DNA of 64,000 nucleotides from the NCBI GenBank assembly GCA_964535955.1, contig CAZHVK010000006.1, positions 1-64,000 of the forward strand, in the 5' to 3' direction. The first letter of the stretch is position 1; every line of letters starts with the position of its first letter. The notes beneath the pieces were generated by a model. That model was not told where the DNA came from. It did not search any database and worked only from the letters and a program-made list of their open reading frames with translations. Shown in pieces: positions 1 through 7,087 of the stretch. The position numbers were made by a program, and so were the translations under genes. The stretch is from an uncultured Methanosarcinales archaeon. Its GTDB lineage: Archaea > Nanobdellota > Nanobdellia > Woesearchaeales > CAXGTL01.

Positions 1-244
1 GGGAGTGAAACGAGCATCTTAAAGCTACGAACGAAACAAAGTGTAGTGAGTATGCTTTGAGATGGGAGTGAAACGAGCATCTTAAAGCTACGAACGAAAC
101 AAAGTGTAGTGAGTATGCTTTGAGATGGGAGTGAAACGAGCATCTTAAAGCTACGAACGAAACAAAGTGTAGTGAGTATGCTTTGAGATGGGAGTGAAAC
201 GAGCATCTTAAAGCTACGAACGAAACAAAGTGTAGTGAGTATGC
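1..244. repeat. Tandem array of a 63-bp structured unit (3 full copies and 1 partial; may extend beyond the window edge)
   Basis: Identical unit GGGAGTGAAACGAGCATCTTAAAGCTACGAACGAAACAAAGTGTAGTGAGTATGCTTTGAGAT at 1, 64, 127 and partially at 190. Internal stem CATCTTAAAGC/GCTTTGAGATG. No unique spacers. Confidence 0.95.
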
Positions 245-305
245 GCTTAGTTGGGAATGAAATAACAGTTAAATTTAAATAAACTTCTCAAACACTTTCT
301 AATAT

Positions 306-707
306 ATGACATTAGCAGATCAATTAAGAGAATATGATAGTAAAACATCATTTATTGATCCTGAGATAGAAGTACCTGGTGAATTACTTAGTAGAATAAC
401 TGGGTTTGTACAAGATATTTATGAACAACGTGTTTATGCAATAATTAGTGATGGAGAGAATTCTATGCCGCGAAGATTTGAATTATCTGATTTTAAAAGA
501 TATAATCTTGCTAATGTTGGGCAAAATTTTGAGATATTGTTTTATATGGTAGAAAAAGATACAAAAGATATTAAACAAGGTATTAATATTCAGATGAAGC
601 CCTTAGGAGATTATGAAAATAGAACTAGAAAAGAATTAAGTCCTGATCTAGATATGTCTATTTTTAAAGGCAGAAAACCTAATAGAGGAAAAAAGTTAGA
701 AGATTAG
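306..707 (+). CDS. Hypothetical protein
   Basis: 133-aa ORF with an AT-rich TATA-like element upstream; no recognisable motif. Confidence 0.6.
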   Translation: MTLADQLREYDSKTSFIDPEIEVPGELLSRITGFVQDIYEQRVYAIISDGENSMPRRFELSDFKRYNLANVGQNFEILFYMVEKDTKDIKQGINIQMKPLGDYENRTRKELSPDLDMSIFKGRKPNRGKKLED

Positions 708-797
708 ATAGTTCCATTGACAAAAGGTTTATATATAGATTCTACATAAATTAATGTAATCAATTCAATATAGTTAACATATGTCGGTGAAAAGATA

Positions 798-1868
798 ATG
801 GAAAAAAAGAGGCTACAATCTATTGTAATTTTTATTTTTAGTATTTATTTCTTTATAATTTCCATTGAATTAATCAAAAAAAGTTCTTTATCATTAGGAG
901 ATTCATTGATAAACCATTTTATAACATTAAGCCAGTCTCCAATAAAAGCATTAGCAGCAGGCTGGTTAGGTGCAGGCATTGTGCAAAGTGGTGGAGCAAT
1001 TGGAGCAATCACAGCAACAATGGTTGGTGCAGGCATATTTACATTGACAACAGCAATCTTTATCATATTTGGTTCTAGAATTGGAGCTACAATCACAGGA
1101 CTAATAGTTTCTTTATTTTCAAAAACAAAAAACAAAAGAGATTTTAGGCATGGTTTTGAGATTGCAACTGCAAACACTTTTTACAATATAATAAATATTA
1201 TCATACTTTTTCTGATTGAATATTTTTTTAGAATCTTTACAAAAATAGGAACATATTTTGGAAAATTTTTAGAAGGGGTTACTTTTTTTAAGGCAGTTCC
1301 TGACTTAATAGACATTATAGCAGGATGGTTTATTAAATTAATCATGCAAATACCTGCAAAAATTGCTGTTTTAATAATAGGATTTGTTATATTACTTGTT
1401 ACTTTAGAATTTTTAGCAAAATCAATTCTTGGAATATTTGGTGGACATGATAAAGCAAGAAAAATCGTTAAAAAACATTTTAGTAATAAATATGAAGCTT
1501 TTTTAATTGGTTTATTGATAACAGCATTAATACCCAGCACAAATATAACAATCAGTTTTTTAATACCATTAGCAGTTGCAAGAATCATCAATATAGAAGA
1601 GGCAATTCCTTACATATTAGGTGCAAACATTGGAACAGTGGTTGAAGTTGTGCTAGCTGCATTTGTTACAGGCAATTCGCTAGCAATTGCAACTGCTACA
1701 ATCTATGTATTGTTTAGTGTGATCGGCGCTCTAGTTTGGCTTCCTAATACTAAACTATTATACAAGATCACAAAATATATGTCAAAACATCTACTAAATA
1801 TTACAAGAGAAAAAGCAATAATATATGTTATGATATTTATCTTTATTCCTTTGATGCTTCTCTTCTGA
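798..1868 (+). CDS. Na+/phosphate cotransporter (NptA/PiT-II, Na_Pi_cotrans family)
   Basis: Polytopic membrane protein with two repeats, IVQSGGA...IFGSRIGAT and LIPSTNI...ILGANIGT, resembling the QSSS/GANIGT signature. Confidence 0.8.
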   Translation: MEKKRLQSIVIFIFSIYFFIISIELIKKSSLSLGDSLINHFITLSQSPIKALAAGWLGAGIVQSGGAIGAITATMVGAGIFTLTTAIFIIFGSRIGATITGLIVSLFSKTKNKRDFRHGFEIATANTFYNIINIIILFLIEYFFRIFTKIGTYFGKFLEGVTFFKAVPDLIDIIAGWFIKLIMQIPAKIAVLIIGFVILLVTLEFLAKSILGIFGGHDKARKIVKKHFSNKYEAFLIGLLITALIPSTNITISFLIPLAVARIINIEEAIPYILGANIGTVVEVVLAAFVTGNSLAIATATIYVLFSVIGALVWLPNTKLLYKITKYMSKHLLNITREKAIIYVMIFIFIPLMLLF

Positions 1869-1885
1869 ATGCATGAATTATAGAA

Positions 1886-2248
1886 TCACAAAAACTTTGT
1901 CTGAACCTTATTACTATACTTAAATATATTTTTCTTATTCAATGTCTTATGCACTTTTAGATAAGAATTAATCTCTTTGTTAATTTTTTTAAAAAAGTCA
2001 ACACCCCTTTCAGTCAAAACCAAAGATTTATTTTTATAAGAAATAAACTTATCTTTTTCCAATCTCTCCAGATTCTTATACAAAGCTCTTTGTTTTTTCT
2101 TAACAATACCAGAATTCATCACTAATGTAATAAAATCACTTTTAGAAACCTTCACCATCAGAGATCTCTTTTTAAGCTTTTTATTAGCTTCAACATACCA
2201 TCTTCCTAATGTATATAACATGAATTTTTCAGTTCTAGTCAACCTCAT
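1886..2248 (-). CDS. Hypothetical winged-helix DNA-binding protein
   Basis: Basic 120-aa ORF; ALYKNLERLEKDKFI...LTERG is a wHTH-like pattern. Confidence 0.6.
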   Translation of the reverse strand: MRLTRTEKFMLYTLGRWYVEANKKLKKRSLMVKVSKSDFITLVMNSGIVKKKQRALYKNLERLEKDKFISYKNKSLVLTERGVDFFKKINKEINSYLKVHKTLNKKNIFKYSNKVQTKFL

Positions 2249-2337
2249 AATGTATGGGAGATTGTTAAAATATATAAAACTAGTGTATCATAGAGTACAT
2301 AAATACATTTAAACAACAAATAAACTCATGAAATAAG

Positions 2338-3219
2338 ATGATAGAAGAAATGTTTACAAAATGTTCATTACAAGAATCAGATATTGTAGTTGTACCAGCC
2401 CCTTATGAAAATACAGTTTCTGGCATGAAAGGTACAATAAATGGACCAAAACAAATAATCACAGAACTAGATACACAAATAGAATTATATAATCCTTATA
2501 TTGATAAGTGTCTTGCAAAAGAAAAAAAGATTTATCTTTTTCCTAAGCTTAGTTTAGGATTGTTAAAGCCAAAAGACATGGTTGAAAAAGTAAGTAAAAC
2601 AATTGAAGAGATTGTTGGGTTGGATAAATTCTTTTGCATGCTGGGCGGTGAACATACAATCAGTCTAGGTAGTGTTAAAGGCTTATTAAAACATTATAAT
2701 GTAAAAGATTTGTCTGTTTTGCAGATAGATGCTCATCTTGATTCAAGAGATTCTACAGAGGACTACGAACATTTTGGTAGAAAGATAACGCATTCTACTG
2801 TCATCAGAAGGATAAGGGATCAAGGAGTTAATGTTGTGCAAGTGGGTATAAGGAATATGAGTGAAAAAGGTAAAGAATATACAAAAGAATTTAAAGATCA
2901 GATTTTTGATTGTCCAATGGTATTGACTCCAAAATTAGTACAAAAAATAATTAATCAAATCACAACACCTTATGTTTATTTAACAATTGATGTTGATGGA
3001 TACAAACCAAGCTTGATGCCTGAGACAGGAACACCAGAACCAGGTGGTCTTGATTGGAATGGACCTTTATATCTATATGAAGAATTATGTAAACAAAAGA
3101 CTTTGGTTGGTTTTGATGTTGTTGAGGTTGCTCCTTTTCTTCTTAACAATATAACAGCACATAATGCTGCTTTGTTAACATATTATGTAATGGGTTGGAA
3201 ATACTATCAATCTAAATAA
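2338..3219 (+). CDS. speB: Agmatinase (ureohydrolase family)
   Basis: GGEHTI, DAHLD, IDVDG and TGTPEPGG motifs. Confidence 0.9.
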   Translation: MIEEMFTKCSLQESDIVVVPAPYENTVSGMKGTINGPKQIITELDTQIELYNPYIDKCLAKEKKIYLFPKLSLGLLKPKDMVEKVSKTIEEIVGLDKFFCMLGGEHTISLGSVKGLLKHYNVKDLSVLQIDAHLDSRDSTEDYEHFGRKITHSTVIRRIRDQGVNVVQVGIRNMSEKGKEYTKEFKDQIFDCPMVLTPKLVQKIINQITTPYVYLTIDVDGYKPSLMPETGTPEPGGLDWNGPLYLYEELCKQKTLVGFDVVEVAPFLLNNITAHNAALLTYYVMGWKYYQSK

Positions 3220-3247
3220 AAAGCATTAAATAAAAAGAAAATAAAAC

Positions 3248-3367
3248 TGCCCCCTCCGGGACTACCATTTCACCGAGATTTCTTCGATGATATTTTGAAC
3301 CCGAGTCCTCGCCTTTCTCCACAGAGTCGAGAGGGCGAGATGATTAGCCGGACTACACTAAGAGGGC
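3248..3367 (-). tRNA. tRNA-Glu(CTC) with two introns: 13 nt at 37/38 (3315-3327) and 32 nt in the T-loop at 59/60 (3262-3293)
   Basis: Minus strand folds as a tRNA: GCCCTCT/AGGGGGC acceptor, TCGCC/GGCGA anticodon stem, and TCGGG-TTCAAAT-CCCGG after intron removal. BHB-like helix CTCT/GGAG at the anticodon intron. Confidence 0.9.
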
Positions 3368-3369
3368 AT

Positions 3370-3424
3370 ATGTCAGAATTCCAGAGGAATTCTGATCATG
3401 ATCATAAATCTCTGATTTATGACA
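3370..3424. repeat. Double-hairpin mini-element ATGTCA-hairpin-TGATCATGATCA-hairpin-TGACA
   Basis: Fills the tRNA-Gln/tRNA-Glu spacer. A second copy at 16127-16182 has different, compensating stems. Confidence 0.8.
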
Positions 3425-3426
3425 AG

Positions 3427-3537
3427 TAGCCTCGCCCGGATTTTCGCAATGCTTCGAACCGGGGTCAACTGGTCCAGAGCCAGACATGATTGGCTTCCTT
3501 ATAATTTATAAAGATTTGGCCACTACACTACGAGGCT
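3427..3537 (-). tRNA. tRNA-Gln(CTG) with two non-canonical introns: D-loop (~26 nt, 3490-3515) and T-loop 59/60 (12 nt, 3441-3452)
   Basis: AGCCTCG/CGAGGCT acceptor, CTGG-CT CTG GA-CCAG anticodon arm, and T-loop BHB helix TTCG/CGAA. The D-loop intron boundaries are ambiguous because of a GCCAA direct repeat. Confidence 0.9.
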
Positions 3538-3626
3538 ATAGAATGAAATAAATTTAGTTTGTTTTTAAAGATTTTGTCTGTTTTTAATGCAAATATTTAT
3601 ATAAAACAATAATTTAAAATAAAGAC

Positions 3627-4490
3627 ATGTGCTTCACACCCTTAGCATCAATGATAACTGCAATTGTTGAGATTTGTATAGCTGGTTACCTATTCAAAAG
3701 AATCAAAGATAAGAGATTATACCCTATTGCAATATTTGTAGTCATGCTTGCTCTTTATCAATTAACAGAATTTTTATTATGCACAACCAGTTATGGTTAT
3801 CTATGGGCAAGAATAGGTTTTGCTGCACATACTTTTATGCCAATTTTATTATATCATTTTTTTGTAAATGCTGCAGATAAAGAAATCAAAGAATGGATGT
3901 ATGTGTTCCCAATATTTTTTGCATCTTTAGCATTATTTTATCCTAATTTTATTACCCACACTAGTTGTAATATTTTGAATGTAACATCAGAAAATTTAAT
4001 ATTTAATCAAAATTTTACTCTTATGTTTGCATACTTATTTTACTATCTTTATTGTCCTGTATATGGGGTTTACATATTTTCAAAAAAAATAAAATTCAAA
4101 AAAACTAATATTAAAGTAAAATTAGGTGTTGCAGCTTCATCACTTGGATTGTTATTAGGATTTTTATATTATTTCTGGTCAGCAGTTAGAGAAAAAAACA
4201 TAGCAATGACTTGGATACACACTTCATTTATAATTTTGATAAGTGCACTGATACTTATACTACTTTCAATATTTATAGTAAAGAAATTCAAAAAGTGGTT
4301 TTATGAGGCTAATGCACTTATTCTTGCAATAACAACAATATCAGCAATATTTATGTATTACTTTATACCAAATCTCACACATAATTATGCATCAATCTTT
4401 TGTCAGTTTGCTTTTTTATATAGTATCGCTGCAATTTTATTAATTAATGCATTACATGGAAAGATTGTTAGTTCTAGAAAAAGAAAATAA
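3627..4490 (+). CDS. Polytopic membrane protein (MCF-start family, function unknown)
   Basis: About 8 hydrophobic segments; MCFTPLAS N-terminus and YQLTEF motif. Confidence 0.7.
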   Translation: MCFTPLASMITAIVEICIAGYLFKRIKDKRLYPIAIFVVMLALYQLTEFLLCTTSYGYLWARIGFAAHTFMPILLYHFFVNAADKEIKEWMYVFPIFFASLALFYPNFITHTSCNILNVTSENLIFNQNFTLMFAYLFYYLYCPVYGVYIFSKKIKFKKTNIKVKLGVAASSLGLLLGFLYYFWSAVREKNIAMTWIHTSFIILISALILILLSIFIVKKFKKWFYEANALILAITTISAIFMYYFIPNLTHNYASIFCQFAFLYSIAAILLINALHGKIVSSRKRK

Positions 4491-4764
4491 AATTGGCCTG
4501 AAATTTCAATATTTTCTCAATTCATTTTAAAATTTATTTCATATATCACTTTAGATATTATTTCAACCATTAAATTATGATTGTTGTTTGTCACTGGACA
4601 TCTCAAAAAATGGTGTCCACTGACTTCTAATGCTTAAATTCTGAGGTTATAAGCTATCTTCTCATTCTCAGTGGTCACTGGACATGTGTGTGTGAGGTTT
4701 ATATACTATAATTAACTAAAAATCATTTAGATAGTTAAAAATCTATCATATTTGGTGATATAAA

Positions 4765-5508
4765 ATGAAATTAAATTTATCAAAAATAAATCTAAGTAGA
4801 AATGATTTAAAGAGAAATTTAAAATTTCCAAGATTAATAAATGAAAAACTTGCAGAAGATATAGGCATAATGATAGGTGATGGACATATAAGTAAAAAAA
4901 TCAGACTCAAAAAAGCAGTTGATTATCCTATTTATATATCTGGTAATGCTGTAACTGATAGAGATTATGTTATTAATCACATAAAAAAATTAAAAAAGGA
5001 ATTATTTAACCTTAATTTTCCAATATTTTTTAGACGTAAAAATGAAATTTGTACTAAATTAAATTCAAAAGGATTAGTTGAATTTTATACTAAAATAATT
5101 GGGTTGCCTCTTGGCAAAAAAACAAATATCAAAATACCATTAATAATATGGCATGATTTGAAACTTATAAAAGCTTGTTTAAGAGGAATTGTTGATACAG
5201 ATTTCTCTTTTGTTATTAGAAAAAATAATTATCCTCATTTAAAATTAAAAACACAAAGCAGAAATTTAGTAGAGGATTGTAAAAAAGCATTTAAGTTAAT
5301 AGGAATTGAAACAAGCATAAAACTTGATGTTGAAGAGTATAATCCTAGAACTAGAAAAACATATATTACTAATTATTTATACTTAAGTGGACACAAAAAA
5401 GTAATGAAATTTATTAAAGAAATAAATTTTAGTAATCAGAGAAATTTAATAAAAGCAAAAAAATATATATGGGCCCGCAGGGATTTGAACCCAGGACCTT
5501 CCGGTTAA
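4765..5508 (+). CDS. Free-standing two-motif LAGLIDADG homing-endonuclease-like protein
   Basis: LAEDIGIMIGDGHI and CLRGIVDTDFS motifs. The 3' end overlaps tRNA-Lys antisense. Confidence 0.85.
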   Translation: MKLNLSKINLSRNDLKRNLKFPRLINEKLAEDIGIMIGDGHISKKIRLKKAVDYPIYISGNAVTDRDYVINHIKKLKKELFNLNFPIFFRRKNEICTKLNSKGLVEFYTKIIGLPLGKKTNIKIPLIIWHDLKLIKACLRGIVDTDFSFVIRKNNYPHLKLKTQSRNLVEDCKKAFKLIGIETSIKLDVEEYNPRTRKTYITNYLYLSGHKKVMKFIKEINFSNQRNLIKAKKYIWARRDLNPGPSG

Positions 5509-5565
5509 GAGCTTCATCCTTTTCTAAGAAAAGTCGGATGCTATACCAGATTAAGCTACGAGCCC
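5470..5565 (-). tRNA. tRNA-Lys(CTT) with a 22-nt intron at 30/31 (5513-5534)
   Basis: GGGCTCG/CGGGCCC acceptor. The BHB-type motif CATC-CG^A...GATG-AA^G restores the TCCGG/CCGGA stem and the CT CTT AA loop. Confidence 0.9.
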
Positions 5566-5568
5566 ATA

Positions 5569-5860
5569 CGCCGCAGCCCGGACTTTCATTCCACCTAGAT
5601 TTCTAAAGTGAATTTTGAACCGGGATACAACCAAAATCAATGGTTTTGGTGTACAATTAAATCCTGGCTTTGACGCCGACGCCCGGATTTGAACCGGGAT
5701 ATCCATAAGGAAACGAGATGACTGAAAATGTTCCAGTCTCGCGCAGTACCAGGTTGTGCCACGTCGGCTTTGTTGACAGGATTTAATTTGTATCCGTGAG
5801 GAAACGAGATACCTAGGAAACTTTCCAGTCTCGCGCAGTACCAGGTTGTGCCACTGCGGC
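5569..5860 (-). tRNA. Outer tRNA-Ser(GGA), interrupted three times: 12-nt 37/38 intron (5811-5822), ~165-nt insertion at the variable-arm/T-stem junction (5626-5790) containing another tRNA, and 31-nt T-loop intron (5583-5613)
   Basis: GCCGCAG/CTGCGGC acceptor plus G discriminator; CGAGA-CT GGA-TCTCG anticodon arm; CCCGG/CCGGG T-stem. BHB motifs are present at the anticodon and T-loop introns. Confidence 0.8.
5674..5768 (-). tRNA. Inner tRNA-Ser(GGA) with an 11-nt 37/38 intron (5720-5730), nested in the outer tRNA-Ser
   Basis: Complete cloverleaf: GCCGACG/CGTCGGC acceptor, long variable arm TCC-TTAT-GGA, CCCGG-TTCAAAT-CCGGG. BHB helix CTGG/TCAG. Confidence 0.92.
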
Positions 5861-5889
5861 ATATGTATATATAATGATTATTCATTCTA

Positions 5890-5897
5890 TTTATAAA
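5890..5897 (-). promoter_or_regulatory. TATA box of the Ser/Ser/Lys tRNA transcript
   Basis: TTTATAAA about 30 nt upstream of the outer tRNA-Ser 5' end. The outer Ser and Lys genes are separated by only 3 nt. Confidence 0.6.
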
Positions 5898-5979
5898 GAT
5901 TATTGAATTTATATCTAATTTTCATAAAAAACTTTATATAGTTTGAATACATATGATAATATATTGGGGGTTGATATAT

Positions 5980-6252
5980 ATGCCAGAAGAAGAACAAGCT
6001 AATAAAAAACAAATAGGTAAAATAACACACTTTTTTGACAAAATAAGTGTTGCTGTTATTGAATTGACAGATGCATTAAAAGTTGGTGAAAAGATATTAA
6101 TAGAAGGTCATGGTAATAGTGTTGAGCAGACTGTTGATTCTATGCAGATAGAGCATGAGAAAGTTGAACAAGCTGCTGCTGGTCAAAGTATTGGTATGAA
6201 GACTGTTCAACCTGTTAAGGTTAATGATCTTGTGTTTAAGGTTAGTGAATAG
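5980..6252 (+). CDS. Small translation-factor domain-II-like beta-barrel protein
   Basis: IGKITHFFDKISVAVIEL...LKVGEKI...VDSMQIEHEKVEQAAAGQSIG resembles EF-Tu domain II and the U32 C-terminal barrel. Confidence 0.75.
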   Translation: MPEEEQANKKQIGKITHFFDKISVAVIELTDALKVGEKILIEGHGNSVEQTVDSMQIEHEKVEQAAAGQSIGMKTVQPVKVNDLVFKVSE

Positions 6253-6264
6253 AGGCGAGTAAAG

Positions 6265-6507
6265 ATGATAGAATATGATACATTAGGAAATCTTATTAAT
6301 CTATATTATAAAAAACAAGATAGACCAAAAAAACATAGGGTAGATATACTAAGTTCAGTCCAAGCTAGATATATAAATCCAACTAGCTGTCTTCCAAGAA
6401 CAAGACTTGAAATAGATGAAACAAGAAATAGAGGAAATATATTTGAGATCTTGGCAAAATCAGACCACCAACCTTATCCAATAGTAGAAGAAGATCCCAA
6501 AAAATAA
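6265..6507 (+). CDS. Hypothetical protein
   Basis: 80-aa ORF preceded by a GAGG RBS-like sequence. Confidence 0.45.
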   Translation: MIEYDTLGNLINLYYKKQDRPKKHRVDILSSVQARYINPTSCLPRTRLEIDETRNRGNIFEILAKSDHQPYPIVEEDPKK

Positions 6508-6704
6508 TCTTTTTATTTTCTATTTCTATAAAAATTATTTCTTATCATTTTTCTATAAAATAAAGAATTACCATGATAATTTTGACATAAATAATCCACA
6601 TCTCTTAGAATATGATGTTTTCTTATTGCTGAAACCTTTTTTTCTGATTTACCAGAAGAATTTTCAATTTCTTTCTCTAATTCTGAAGCCATTTTTAAGA
6701 ATTC

Positions 6705-7013
6705 TCACTCTAACATCTCAATTTCAATATGCAAACCTTCTGGAATAGGCACTCTCATAACAAGACGCAAAGCTCTTTCATCTAGACCTAAATCAATAAG
6801 ACGTTTATGAATTCTCATTTCAAACCTTTCAAAAGAAGCTTTTCCATCACCACAAGGACTTTTACGAGTAGTTAATTTTAGTTTTTTAGTAGGAAGAGGT
6901 ATTGGGCCACGCATTACTACTCCTGTCTTCTCTGCAATACTTTGTATAAAATTGCAGACTTTGTTTATTTTATCAATTTCTGTACATGCTAATTTTATTC
7001 TTGCTTTTTGCAT
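6705..7013 (-). CDS. rps10: 30S ribosomal protein S10 (uS10)
   Basis: [10 protein letters not shown]...RKSPCG...[11 protein letters not shown]. Confidence 0.97.
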   Translation of the reverse strand: MQKARIKLACTEIDKINKVCNFIQSIAEKTGVVMRGPIPLPTKKLKLTTRKSPCGDGKASFERFEMRIHKRLIDLGLDERALRLVMRVPIPEGLHIEIEMLE

Positions 7014-7087
7014 ATTTTATGGCCTCATAATGAATACTAATTCACCATGGTGAATTTATATTTAAAAAAATAAAATAAAAAAAATAT

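Noticed and set aside
1..244. CRISPR array
   Set aside because: Units are identical over all 63 bp with no unique spacers, and there are no cas genes in the window.
845..1591. Antisense ORFs over the Na/Pi transporter, and similar shadow ORFs throughout (e.g. 7239-7850, 11754-12269, 50538-51736, 53847-54731, 63361-63695)
   Set aside because: They lie opposite well-supported genes or in low-complexity DNA and have no motifs.
5470..5565. tRNA-Lys(TTT) with a canonical 37/38 intron
   Set aside because: It would need C37 and a mismatched stem; the BHB-type motif supports a 30/31 intron and CTT.
5569..5860. Assembly duplication as the explanation for two tRNA-Ser copies
   Set aside because: Acceptor stems, introns and variable loops differ in a compensatory way. 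Read confirmation is still advisable.
5551..5885. ORFs 5551-5862 and 5637-5885
   Set aside because: They are translations of the nested tRNA-Ser genes.
6546..6692. 48-aa ORF downstream of rps10 (MASELEKEIE...)
   Set aside because: Short, with no recognisable motif; could be real but cannot be supported.
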